The notes under the pieces: model-generated
The model's database searches: none
What the model was told of the DNA's origin: nothing
The model's input: only the letters and a program-made list of their open reading frames with translations
Assembly (NCBI GenBank): GCA_002189035.1
Contig: NEEC01000002.1
Span: 3,968,001-4,032,000 of the forward strand
Reading direction: 5' to 3'
Source of the DNA: Utricularia gibba
Lineage: Eukaryota > Plantae > Magnoliophyta
Length of the DNA: 64,000 nt
Part shown: piece after piece, positions 38,731 through 52,290 of the stretch
Layout: every line of letters begins with the position of its first letter
Numbering within the stretch: position 1 is the first letter of the stretch
Program-made: the position numbers and the translations under genes

Positions 38731-41262
38731 CACGGAAAAAAAGAGAGGTGAATAAAGGGTCGAAAAGAAAAGAAAAGAAAAAACAATTGAGACCCAAGTC
38801 CTAAAAAGCAGCACATATTAAAAGAGCATGTGCGGACTTAATAAGTAATGAAAGGGTGAGCAGGGAAAGACTAATCCGGAGGAGTACGGAGGAGCGTGGT
38901 GTTATAAGGTGTGAGTGCTTGGCCAACACTCAGGAAAAAGAAAAGGCAATCATATTATGCCCGGATTAGTCTGGAACAAGCTGCCCCTTAATTACTCAAA
39001 AAAAGAGAAAAAAAAGAGAGAAGAAAAAATGGGTTGGCAACCGTGACCTTAAGTGACTTTGGAGGGATCAATTCTATAAGGTATGATCTTCGAAAACACT
39101 CCTCAAGAGGAATCTACTCATGCACATTTGAGTGATGAAATGACATGCACACTTGCACTTCTGTAGCTCATGCACCGAATTTATTCTCAGTTTTATGTTC
39201 ATCACTGATGCTGAAAGAACCAGTTTTCTGTTAGTCTTAGGTAAGACTTGGGGACAAATCTAGTGTCGTTGTAGCATAGTGTGATAACACACAAATTTTC
39301 ATGTTTTAGGATATGAAAAGTCATAAATTTTTAATTAGGTTTAAGTGTTTATTTTATATTTTTAAGTGTTTTTATTACTTTAGGAGGATGTCATTTTTGG
39401 AGTGATTAGTGGGCTAAATCCTTTGATTTAGCCCACCCCATGTCTAACCCGATTTTGGAGTCTAGCAGCAACCCAAGAATCAAGGAAAAATCTGGATTTC
39501 GTGCAAGTCACCGGGCTGCAGGGAGCAATGAGTATACTGTCACGGTGACAGTCTGCAAGTCAGGGCCAAGAGCAGCAGATCTGTCAGAGAATGTACTTGA
39601 CTTGGGCAGTGGGAGGCAAGAGAAAGATGGGGAGTTGCAAAAAGGGGAGAGACGACCCAGAATTTTTAGACACAGCACACACGAGGGGTTTCTCCCCAAC
39701 CCAACTCGAACACAAAGAACACGAAAGGAGGAGGAAGAAAAAGAATTTTTTTGGAGAAGAACTTCCAGCTTGAAGGCAGAAGATCAAGACCAGTTCAGCG
39801 CTATTGTTTCGGTCTAGGAACAGTAGCAGACGAAAACTAGACTGTTTACTGCTTTATTTTAGTTTGTTGATGTTTTTAGCTTTTGCACCCAACTTCTACA
39901 CAATGTTCTCGACATTTTCGTTGTTTTATGTTAATGCCATCATTTTTTACCTTCAAAGCATGAGTAGCTAAACCCTAGGAGTCTTAATAAAATTGACCAT
40001 TGTTTCTTAGCTTTTGTTTCCATCAAACCATGGGTAGACCTAAGGAAGGGAACAAATAACTTCATAGCTTAGATACTTGATTTAGAGGTAGACCAGCAAA
40101 TCAAGATGAGAGCAATAGGTGTTAGTCCGAGGTAGAACCAGTAGAACCAAGTAGACCTAATTCTATATGCTTTGCATGCGAGTAGACCTAATTGTAAGGT
40201 TGGTGATGATATGGAGGACTAACTTAGCCAAAAATGTGATGAATGACTTGGGTAGACTTAGGTTATTTGAAGTTGTGAGTGTAGGAATATGGTAGCTTAA
40301 ACTAGGAATTTTGACATCACACCATCTGCAGATCCTTAAGGCACGTTAGTATTATTCTGAGTTAGAACCAGTACCTGTTACCTTAGCGTTAAGACTTGAT
40401 ACTGTTTACTGATCTTGTTTACCGAACTTGTTTACCACTTTTGGTCCGAGCTTAGACTGAGACTTACCATTACTTTGAATTCTGCATCTCTTGAAATACA
40501 TGACAATCACAAGCTCCTTGTGATCGACCCCGAATTCCACTGTACACTTTCAATTTAATTTGTATTTTGTGAGAATTAGGGATTATAAATGTATTTGATA
40601 CGGAAGTTTACTTTTATTGCAATGACATGCTAAAATTTCCATTTATCAAATTGGCACCGTTGCCGGGAGCGGTGTTTAATTGTTTTGTGTTTTTAGTTGA
40701 TGCATTTATGTTCTTCTGGTGCAGGTAATCTCACTTTCCTCCTAGAAATTGAGAGAGCTATCAGCAAGAACAGGGTAAGAGTTAGGGAAGCAAGCAGATT
40801 GAGGCAGCTCCCACCCAAGACTAACAACAATCTCATAATGGCTGAACCTGAGAAGACCTTTAACGAATTGGATGCTGCTGATCATACTTACAGGTGTCTG
40901 TGCATCAGATTTCCAGAGGATGGAGCAAATGAGGTGAAACCAGCGATGATCAATTTTTTGCAAAAATTCTATGGAAAAATTGGTGAAAACCCCCATGAGC
41001 ATGTAGACAATGTAACAACGGTATGTACATCATTCAAGGGAGCTGGAATGACTGAAGATTCAATTTGTTTGAGAGTCTTCCAGTTTACCTTGGAAGGAGG
41101 AGCCAAAACGTGGTTCAACTCACTAAGGCCTAGAAGCAAAACCGATTGGGCTGGAATGAAGAAAGTGTTTTTGAGCAAGTATTTTCCAGCTTCCAAGGCT
41201 GAAGGTATTAGAAAAGAAATCAGTGATGTTGAACAAATGAGTGGAGAATCATTGCATCACAT
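38730..41262 (+). mobile_element. Athila family B segment: 3'-type region, LTR 39282-40648, PBS 40652-40668, truncated gag
   Basis: TGATAACAC...TTTATCA then TGGCACCGTTGCCGGGA; gag ORF 40697-41287 closely resembles 1217-1948. Confidence 0.88.
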
Positions 41263-41520
41263 TGTGAGGCAAATGGCGAATGCCTAGAAGGCGGAAACAG
41301 GATGTCTATAGTTCATGGAGAAAATATCATCACAAACTTTCCCAAACTGCAGGAGAACAATTTGGACATGCCCCTTCCATTCGAGTCGAGTTGTATCATA
41401 TTGTTCCACGAATTGAATATTCTTTATTGATGCAACAGTCACCCTATAATGAAAGTTCAAGCACCAACATTGTAAGTTCTTGAGCCATCTTGGGGCCTTG
41501 TTTCTCAAGACTGCATACTC
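41263..41520 (-). pseudogene. Tubby-like protein C-terminal fragment
   Basis: VLRNKAPRWLKNLQCWCLNFHYRVTVASIKN...VLLQFGKV.DDIFSMNYRHPVSAF*AFAICL matches the Tub-domain C-terminus. Confidence 0.9.
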
Positions 41521-41829
41521 ATCAGAAGAGCATTTCGTGTTTTTCATTATAAGGCATCTTGATATTGGGAAGATGGGAATTTGACTAAGCAAACCATGCT
41601 TCTAGAACCTCTTGATAGTAGTAGGTTAAACAATACTCCCCGTGATGGGTGAAATGAGATGGTCGAATATAAGATCTAATTGAGTTTCACTGTCTTCCTC
41701 CTTCAATTCACTTCCCTCTCTGTTTTCTTGAGATGCATTGACAACAAAGAAGAATTCAGGAAACTTGCAGGCAAGTGTTCTATCTTCACTAGCTTCACCG
41801 GAAGAATTTGACCGATAGTGGTCCACCAG

Positions 41830-44800
41830 CAGCCCCAATTTGTCTCTGAGTGGGCAAAATTTCTTAGGATATAGGAGTTTGGTCAAGATATCTGCTAATT
41901 GTTTCTCGGTAGGGACATATTTGAGCTTGATTTTCTTCTCCTTGATATAGTTTCAAACCACATGAAATTTTATCTGAATATGTTTGATTCACCATCATGA
42001 TAGCTGATTTGTTGTCCAAATAGATGGTCACTGGCTTGTCGATTTTAAGATTGAGATCTTTGAATATGTTACAAATCTATATTGTATGATTTGATACAGT
42101 TGCAACAGCCATGTATTCCACCTCAGAAGAGGATTGAGCAACTACACTCTATTTCTTGCTATTCCATGCGAATGCGCAGCCACTCAACATAAAGAGGTAT
42201 CGACTTGTAGATTTCATATCAAATTTATCACTTGTGTAATCACTGTCACAATACACCTATAAACATGGAGACATACCTTTTGAGTAGATAAGACCAAGAT
42301 TACATGTTTTATTTAAATACTTGAGTATCTATTTTCCAACTTCTAGGTGGGTGACTTGAGGCTCTTGCATGAATTGGCACAATAGATTGACCACGAAGGT
42401 AATGTCTGGTCTAGTGGTAGTCAGATACATGAGAGAACCTACAAGCTTGCAGTAAATATTTACATCTACGTTTTTTCCTTTTTCATAAAGGTCCTTTCTT
42501 GCTTCTGGTGTGATGGGTACAGACAAGCCCAAAGAGGAATTCATACCATATTTTCTTAGAAGATCCAGTGTATATTTCTTCTAAGAGACTACAACCGCTG
42601 TATCTGATTGTTTGATTTCCAGTCCTAGAAAGTAGGTCATCATACCCAAATTTGTGAGTTTGAATGCCTTTTTCAATCTCTCTTTTTCTTTATCTACCAG
42701 TTCGACATTACTTTTTGTCATGAGAATGTCATCAACATACAAAGATATAATAACTTGACTAGCAGTAGAGTTATTCTTCAATACATATAGTGTGTTATTA
42801 TTCGCGCTTCTTTGATATCCTTATTTCAAAAAATATTCATCAATTTTACTATACCAAGATCTAGGAGCTTGCTTGAATCCATATAAGGTTTATGTAGTTT
42901 ATAAACTTTATCCTCTTGTCCCTTGATAAGAAATCAAGGAGGTTGTTCAACATAGATTTCTTTAGTGAGATCACCATTGAGAAAAGCAGATTTTATATCT
43001 AAATGAAAGATGGGGCATTTTTTATAGACAGCCATGACAATTAACAACTTGATTGTATCCAGTCTTGCCAAGGGAGCAAAGGTATCGTGATAATCCACAC
43101 CTTCTCATTGTGTAAAGCCTTTGGCAACTAATCTTGCTTTGTATTTATTTATGCTACCATTTGGATTTGATTTTGTTCTAAGAACCCACCTTACTTCTAT
43201 AGCCTCTTGGATTTCACTCGATCAGTAAGGGTTCAGATTTTGTACTCATTTATATTGTCCAATTCAAGTTCCATAACCTTTCTCCACTCGGGATGAATCA
43301 AAGCGTAACTCAAGGAGGTAGGTTCATAATGAGTACTCAGGCATTAATCTTCATAAAATTAATTTATGGATTTGAATCCTTTCATAAGAGTGTGATCATA
43401 GGTCTTAGAGAACAAGAATGACGGTAAATATGAGGAATGAGCTTTTGTTTCTATGGCATGATCCATATGATTTTTGCTTTCCTCAATTAAGAAATATGTA
43501 TCATTGCACTCATTTTGATTAGGCAACTCGTTTAATCCATGTTCCTGCATGTCACTTTGATTCTCTTCATGGATTTCTATTTTATTTCTAATATCCATAA
43601 TTTCCTGAATAATTTCCAATGGAATAGAGGATCTCCATTTGCTTTTTTCGGAGGTAGTTCATTAATCTTTCCCAACTTGCATACTTCACAACAGTCCTTC
43701 ACCAATGTTAGATCATCCATTCCATCTACTAGTTTCGATTTTTTTGTCTTTGCTATAGATATTTGATTGTGGTGACCATATCGGCGATGCCATAATAACA
43801 TGCTTTTCTTTGATTCGGTGCTCAAACAGGTATGGCTGACTTCGACATTATTTCTCAAGAAATAGATGAGGAATGCCTTGTTTACCATAGGTATGACCAT
43901 AATTTCTTGTCCTGCATTGTTTGAAATGGTACATGCAAAGTTGGCAAATAATATTTTGAACCCTTTACTTACCAACTCACCCAAGCTGATCAAGTTATGT
44001 GATGCTGCGGGTACATAGAACACATCTTCAATCTGAATACATTTTGTTGAAGTCATCAATTGTATAGTTCCACATCCGAGTGTTGATATAAAGCTTCCAT
44101 CAGCTATTTTAATATTTCTAGATGTCAAATGAGTGTAATTCATAAATATAGAGAAATCATTAGATATGTGGTTAGTGCATCCACTGTCTGATAACCATGT
44201 ATATTTTTCTTGTTTATCTATTAGTGTAGTAAATATAATGTGTTTTCTTAAGGTTAGTATATCAGCATGAGTGTAGATCTGATCGGCTTCTTTTTCATCA
44301 ATGGTTTTAAAGGATACATTCTCCAGGGCTTTGGAAAAAGCTTCTTGTGAAAGACTAATGCTGAGGTTCCCTTTCAGACTCATAAGTTGTTTGTGCACTT
44401 GTGCAACCATTTCCTTTTTCAGATTGCAAATTTTTTCCGTGTGTCTTTTTTGATTGCAGAAGGTGTAGGTAGTCGAAGGATTCCACCAACAGTTATCTAG
44501 AACATGGGAGTTGGTAATTTTGCAATAGCAACAAGGTGGAATCTCACTTGTAGTGTTTGAGATTGCAAAATTAAACGATCAAAGTGTAGGAGGCTTGTAA
44601 GTATTTTTGAGTTTTTGATCTCCTTTCTTCTGCTCCAAGTGACCTACATAAAAAGCCTTCTCTTCCAAGTCCGTTGATTTAGTGTGCAACTCAAGTTTCT
44701 GAAGGTTTTCCAGTAGTTCTAGGTGAGTGAATCTTCTAAGGCAGCCCGTTGCTACCAATGAGGCGATTTATGAGTTGTTGGAGGCTGGAAGGGCATTGAG

Positions 44801-45260
44801 TATAATGTCTTTCATGCGCTCTTCATCAGGTATGGCTCCCAATAGTTTTAGTTTTCTATCTGCATCTTTGATTATATTAGTCAAGTAATCAAAATTTTCA
44901 CCTGGGTTTAGTCTCAATGTCTCCAATGCTCTCCACTGATAGGTGATTTTTGTGGCTTTGGATTCAGCAGTTCTCAGATAAGTTTTTTCCAGTTGATCCC
45001 ATGCTTCTTCTGGGTTGTTGCACTCTAAGATAGTTTCATAGGCTTCACCAACCACTGCAGTATCGATGGCTGCACATATTTTCTTCTCAAGTGTTTTGTA
45101 TACTTTGTATTTCTCTGTATCTGCAACCTATGGAAGAGTCTCTATGAAGTATTCTTCAAGATCATTGTTTGAGAAGTAGTTTCTCATCTTTTTCTACTAG
45201 GTGCGAAACTCTTTAGGATCTTTGCCATCAAATATTGGAGGAGCAAGGGAAGAATTCATG
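41830..45260 (-). mobile_element. Ty1/copia gag-pol remnant with integrase core deleted
   Basis: gag 45258-44760; CTFC..RHTEKIC; WLSDSGCTNH; LWHRRYGH; CEVCKLGK; LYVDDIL; LVGSLMYLTTTRPDI; KQLADILTK. Confidence 0.92.
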
Positions 45261-45401
45261 TCGGGGTAATCGAGATACTAGAAGAAGATGAGGTATGGCT
45301 GCAAGTTGTTTAGCAGGATTGTATAGAGGTAACAAAGAAGTTGCGTGTATCACTATACGTCACGTCAGGTTCACCATGAAGAACTTGAAGAACTTCAATT
45401 T

Positions 45402-45754
45402 TGTTGGAAATTGCTATAAGACTTGATATGAAAAATATGCTTTGTTTGGGTTCTTACCCGTTACAAATCTACACCACAATGCATCTATTTATAGTATCTA
45501 TATTTTCTACCATCGCCTTTCAATGTTGCTTCTTCCTGTAGCAGTTATCCCATCAAGTATCCGTTAGATCTCTTTGGGTTTAGTCTCTAGGCTGAGTTGT
45601 ATGGGTGAAGTGTTGGATTCTGGCTTATTTTCCTCTGAATGGCCCAAGTCTTCTACTGCAATTTCCTTTAAGGGCCCATTCCGTTTTCCTTCTCTCCTTG
45701 CCTTCTTTCAATCATTGACTTGTGGCCTATCAGTGTTTTCCATGAGATTCAACA
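45402..45754 (-). repeat. Copia-type LTR
   Basis: TGTTGG.../...TTCAACA termini; minus-strand TATAAAT ~45490; just upstream of the copia gag; no PBS or TSD seen. Confidence 0.55.
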
Positions 45755-47949
45755 TTTTGCACCAATATGGTGATTGAGTATTGTATATCACAAAATTAGT
45801 GCCGGCCAAACCTATTGCTGGAATTCCACTTCAAACACAGGACACCTTACAACTACGAGGATACTTCACAAAGAATTCGATTATCTAGTAGACAGAAAGA
45901 AAAAAGAAAACTGTAACTTTTATTTGTTCTCATTGTAGGATACTTTAAAAAACTTCATATTAATGATATACAATTTAATAGTAAATATATATTTATAAAA
46001 TTGTTGTTATAAGATTAATAGCACATACTATGAGTATGATATTTTCAGATGTCGTTTTGTGAAAATAATTCATGCACACTAATTGTATGATAAATATATG
46101 AAAATTGATAAATGATTTAATGTCTTTTATATTTGTGATTTTTAGAACTCTATTAGGTCAATTTTGCATACCTTTTATTTCACTTTCTAAATATTTTTAG
46201 AACTCTATATTTTCCATAGCACTTTAATCTTTTCGAAGGAAAAATATATTCTGTAATTTTTCAAGACAATTTTGACCTAATTAGGAGAAAATTCGAGCTA
46301 ATCTTGCTGTAGTCAAAGATTTGGCCTATTCGAATAAAACTCAATGAAAGATTTTCGAATAAGATAACATTCGCATCTTATCATGGTAGATTTGAATCTA
46401 ATACTAGAAGATGTACATACTATCTTAGAAGATTTTGATTGAAGATTTGATATAAGCCCATCAATAAAGCTCAACAAATCTCTATCCTTATATAAAGATC
46501 AAAGATTGGAGATCGGAGTTGTAGGAGTCTAGAGTTGAGTCTTGCACTCTTGGATTCATTTCATGTCGTTTTTCATCAGTTTTTATGTATTAGAGTTAAG
46601 TATCCATGTGTGAACACTCATGGCTAAAGATTTACGGTGAAGCCTTGCTTATGAAAATCATGTGGTTGTGATTGTTTTACCATGTTTCTCGATATTTAAT
46701 ATGAGATTTCATTCTTTTTTTTGTAATATTTTCTAACCAAAGTAATTTTAGTACCACATAACCCCATAGAAGTGTGGAATAATTTAAGATTTACCTCAAG
46801 CACCTAAGGAAAAGACCTGAATCATATATTATTGGTAAGACACATTCTATTTAATTTGTTTGTAAGGTGTGAAGTATATATAAAAGTGTGGGAAAAACAT
46901 GGGTTATCACAAGATGTGAAATGGTTCTAATGGTATAGTTGATTCTATAATCCTACTAAATGAGACAATACTATAACGGTTATAAGTAGCACTATTTTAG
47001 AATAATATTCCTAAATCTTATGCAATCAAGTTAGTATTCAAGGTTTACATATATGAATATAGATGAATTTTAAACAAGGTGGATCCTAGATTCAAATCCA
47101 ATTTTTATATTGTTTTTAAAACCAAAATTTTATTTTTTTTTCAATTTTTGAAGTATTTATTTTTTAAAAAAAATTTTAATAACAATTTATTATAGTATGA
47201 TCTTATTTTATTATTTCGATGATTTTGTTCACTTGCGATTACCATCAAAAAAAATTTCAAATAGTCAGTTTAATTATTATCAAATTTATTATATTCTTTA
47301 AATTACATGTATTATAGTAAATTTGCGTAAATGTCAGGCCTTAGGCTCACCCTTCATTCAACACATTAATTGGGGCGCTTCGCTTGTGGACTAGCTGGGC
47401 CGTTGCCCTGACGCGGTTATTGGGCCTTTTCGTGGAAGTAAGATTGAGCCTCTCCGAGGTGGGCTGATTCATGGATATGAGATAGGGCTGCGTGGAATTG
47501 GGCTGATTCATGGATATGACGTAATTCACCCAATGAGCTCAGCACTAAGCGGCTCAAGCTCCAATTCCAATCGGCCCAATATCCACCGCGTCTCGGCCCA
47601 GGTAGCAATCTTGCAGGCAGCCACAGTAACCCACCGGAGTCGGCATCGTGAGTGGTTCGGTGGAAGCAGCTGTCCGACGGTGGGTGGGACCAGTTCTGCG
47701 AACTGAATTGTCCTGCAAAATATTGGAGACCAATTGTGCGAAAATTTCAAATAGTGGGGACTTTTGGTGCCAATAAGATTTGGGCACTAATTAGAACAGA
47801 TGCAGGGAATGTCGCTCAATGCAATGGAGAAAATTCCATTCCAATGTAGAACTTTAAATCATGAAAAAAACTAACTGTATTTTTACTTAAAAGGAATTTC
47901 CCACTGTTAAATATATATCTAGTTCAAATATAGTTTGTCTTTATAATCT

Positions 47950-49700
47950 TTACGTCTTCTTTGTTTGAAATTCCTTCAAAAAAAATGCAGGTACAAGATA
48001 AGCAATTGATATCAAATACATAATTTTAATGAAAGAAAGAGAATACTTACATAAAGAAAGATTTTATATTAGTTGGAGAATAACCTATTCCAATTGAAAT
48101 TGAAAGTGTTATTTTTAAAGGACTTAAAGCCATAATATCTGATGAAGTATTCTTTTTTCTATAAAGAACAAAGAGGTTATTTAAAACTGTTTTTATATTA
48201 TTTACTTTTCTTGTATGGTCATTTAGATACAAATTTTCAAAGAAAAAACATACAAATTCTAATTTTATTCTTGGGTCAAGAAGGCATCCAAATGAAATAA
48301 TCTTTATATAATAACTCCAATATTTTTCAAACAAAAACTTCATATTTATTGCCATATCTCACATGATATCATCTTCAAAGTTAGTAAGCTCTTTCAGATT
48401 CATCCCATTACTTGCAATCTGCATGAAATATAAGTTTGAAGTAGGATATTTTGATAAAGATATCAAATTGATAATATTGTAAAAAAAAATATCCAAAAAT
48501 TGCATATTTTTTCAGTCTTATATCACTCTTCATCACTTTGACAACACTTATAGTTTCTACAATTGTAGTTAAGAGTAATGAAAGCAAGTTGATACTTTAA
48601 AGTACTCTCAAACATCGTATAAATTGAATTCCATCTAAATTCCATCTAGTCATCACATCCGTTCTCGAGAAACTTTCAAAAAAAATCTTCTAAATGAATT
48701 TCTACAACATATTTATAAAATTCCCTGAAGCAAGCCATTATAGAGAATTTTTGGTAGCTGCAAAACTAAGAAGTTAATTAGTGTGGACACAATCAAGAGT
48801 AAACAAGCGATTTACTATTTGAATTTTGAATACCAAATTTTGATTTGGATCAATCAATGAGTAGGTATGTTCTTCCAGATATATTTTGAATCTATTTTTA
48901 ATAAACTGACTAGCACTTTAAAGATTGTGTGAAGCTTCAGGGACACAAAAAAATGGTGATTAGGCGTTATTCTGTCTCAATACAAATAGAGCCAACTCCT
49001 TGATCCTAGATAAGTACCATCAGCAATAATTCGAGTCTTTCTAGAGATTGTTGAGAGTGAGGTAAATATTGGCTGATTATTGTTCAAATGATTGCTGCAG
49101 GTATTATGTATAAGCCATGTCATTATGTGTCTAAGGTCCTTAATTTTTGTCAGAATTGAAATGTTGCACAAAGAGTAGATAGGAATTTTTAGATTCTTTT
49201 TATATCTTCAATAAATACAACATATCTTTTTGTTAGGACATTCTTCATATTGGTAGATGTCATTTGAGAGTTTTTGGTCAATTGATTCAAGACACACCCT
49301 TTCTATGTGGTCTTTTGTTATACACATAGTGCAATATGCCTCTAGATTCGAAAAGCAAATGACAGAACCTGATAACATATAGATTTTCATGTTTTTATGA
49401 TATAAAAATCACAAGTTTTTAATTATGTTTAGTTGTTTATTTTATAATTTTAAGTATTTTCATATAACTTTAGAAATATGTAATTTATGTATGTTAGTGT
49501 ACTAAATCCTTTGATTTATCAAACCAGGCTATGAAAATATACTTGAATATATAAATATTGCAACAACAAGGTTTTCTTGAGAAAAGGTATATGTTTAGAA
49601 GGTTACAACAAGTATTTATAGGATATAAAAAAAGCCGTTAACTAGTAGATAAATTTGTAATTGTAATTATCATTGCTTCTAGCTTCTAGGTGGTTTGGTG
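47950..49700 (-). mobile_element. Degenerate hAT transposase remnant
   Basis: MKFLFEKYW...LLDPRIKLE; DVMTRWN; MCITKDHIE. Confidence 0.8.
49370..49521 (+). mobile_element. 152-bp miniature derivative of the family-B LTR inside the hAT remnant
   Basis: TGATAAC...TTTATCA; homologous to the first ~145 bp of 39282; AACC on both flanks. Confidence 0.75.
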
Positions 49701-51459
49701 AGTGGGCCTTCTTGGAGAATGGACTTAGTCATTAGGGCCTCTTTCCCTAAAGGTAACACATTGGTATAAGGCTCATTTCATTGAATTCGGATCCATAATG
49801 ATAAGGCATGTATCTGACTTTAGTATTCTATTTCTCCTTGGCTTGGAGGCAGTGCAGCAACGATGACTATCCCCTGGGTTTTACCGTATCAGCCCATGCC
49901 ATGCTTGGGTCTTCCATCTACAGAGAAGTTATACCCAAATTTATAACATTCATTGGCCACATTGATTTGTTCTCAATCAAAAACAAAAGACATATTTATT
50001 CTTAGGAAGATGTGGGCTCTCAATATATCATCCATACTCATCAGGGAGAATGGAAACACCGGCAAGACCTAGATATCATTAGGATCAATAGAGCACACGA
50101 ATGATTTTGATTGAGAATTCTAAAATTCCACAAATGTGAGAAAACAAGATATTACAATTATAGTATCTTTCCTACAAAAAAATCTTTTGGATGTCTAACG
50201 AATATTGTACGGGAAAAAATCTTTCGTATTATATGATACAATTATATAAAAACAAAAGATATAACAATCTGTTATATTAATATGTCAAAAAATGACATTT
50301 ATGCTATCAGAAGATGGGCTATACTATAGACTGCACCTTCATGAATCAATGGTTCATTAGAAACCATGATCTCGAAGACAACTCATTAACATTTTTTTGA
50401 TTGGTTTCAATTAAATTAGATGCAAGAAAATAACAAATTTATAAAAATATGAAAATAAATTATTTACATGATAATAATAATAATAATAATATAATTGATA
50501 TTTTTTTATCATAAGTTTTAGAAAATTAAACATGTATTAAATTATGATTAACTTAGGAATAATATTTATGATATTATTTTTAAGTTCATAAGTAATTCTT
50601 CAAATTATTTATCCAATTTTCAAACTTATTAACTAAAAAATTTTCAAATTATTTATTTAATTCAATTTTATTCAAATTATTTAATAAACTAATAAATTAT
50701 AGAAAATATTTGAAAATAATTTTAATTTTGTTAAATATATAATTAAAAACATCAATGATCATTATTGAGTTTAAAAAATCAATAAACACAATTATAAATA
50801 ATTTTAGGTCATAATAATAATAATTAATATAAGAATTTGCATTTATGATTCAAATATATAAAAATGTCATCAAACAAATCAAGGTAGTAAATATAGACTA
50901 ATCATTAATTAATAGTAACTATGAAGTTATTCATTATTTTGATTAGTTTGATAATATGTTGATTTAGTTGAATTATAAATTAAAGGTATTATATTTGTCA
51001 TTATAAAAATTTATCCATATGAAATTTTTTTAATTTCATATGTAATATAAATGTTTTGCATGATTTTGATATTATAGAAACAATAATTCTAATGTATAGA
51101 TGTTGAGAAGATTTATGTAATGGAAAATTTATTATATCTATTTATTTTAAAATATAATTGCAAATAACTCATTTATAAAGCTCTCATTATTTAATTATCT
51201 AGATTTAAAAAATAGAATTCAATACAAAAAATGTGATTACTAAATAGTTAATTATAATGAATGTTTTAAGTTGTATTTATCAGTATGAATATTTTAGTAC
51301 TATCTATATAACTGTTTGTAAAAATAAATGAAATGTAAATTTTTTTCATATATCAATATAATGTCTTCTTTAAAACTCAAATAAGCACATATCATATTAT
51401 TGAAATTTTTTAAAAACTCTATGCTATGATAATATATTATATATACTCTCTATCATATA

Positions 51460-52290
51460 TATTAACTAGAGTATGTACTATTTATAAATACGGTATACAA
51501 CTCCATTAATTGCAAGTGTTGTAATAAGGTCCGGAAATGATTAATAGGCAAGGTTTTGATGAATATGTCTAAAAAATAAACCTTGGATGGAATATGTGAG
51601 GGAACAAAAAAACCTATTTCATAAATTTCTCGTATTATGTAATAGTTTATGGCCAATGTTTTGTCCACTCATAGAATACTGGATTTTGAGTTATGCAAAT
51701 GACCGATTTATTATCATAGAACAACTCAATAGCTATTTGCACAGATTATCAGAAATCCTGTCACAAAGAAGCTAACCACTTCAATTTTACAGTAACAACT
51801 ACCATACTTCTATATTCTGCTTCGGCGGAGAATCTCGTGACTGTAGGTGGCTTCTTAGCCTTCAAAAATATATCTATTGACCAAAAAAAATAGAATATCT
51901 ATTGATTGATCGTTATATCGTTGGATAAAGTAATTAATCTATATCACCACATGGAACACAAGATCAAGTATTGTACGACATGAAGTCCTACATTCTAGTG
52001 TGTTCGTCATGATTTCTGCAAGAATTGGTTCAAGGGTTGTGTTGCAAAAGCCAAGTGATATCATGTATACGATAAGTATAAGTATAATAAATAGCCAACC
52101 AATGGTCAATGTGGTACAATATCTATGACTACTAGTGATGTATCATTGAACAACTTGAAGCATGTCACTATTAGTGATGATGTTGTTTTCCTTAACAATA
52201 TTATAAATAGAAGCCAAAATCTCAAGAGATCCTTGGATTTTAAGAACATTTGACCATACGAGACTTGAATGCAGACCAATGTTATTTGTA
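51460..52290 (-). mobile_element. Old copia RT/RNase H remnant, left part (split by the hAT)
   Basis: SAEAEYRSM, YDNKS...NPVFYEWTKH, FLDIFIKTL. Confidence 0.75.

Noticed and set aside
46080-47250. Possible additional solo LTR
   Set aside because: LTR-like composition, but no TSD or second copy to fix the boundaries
49800-50150. Coding-like island
   Set aside because: No frame gave a motif I could recognise, and there are multiple stops
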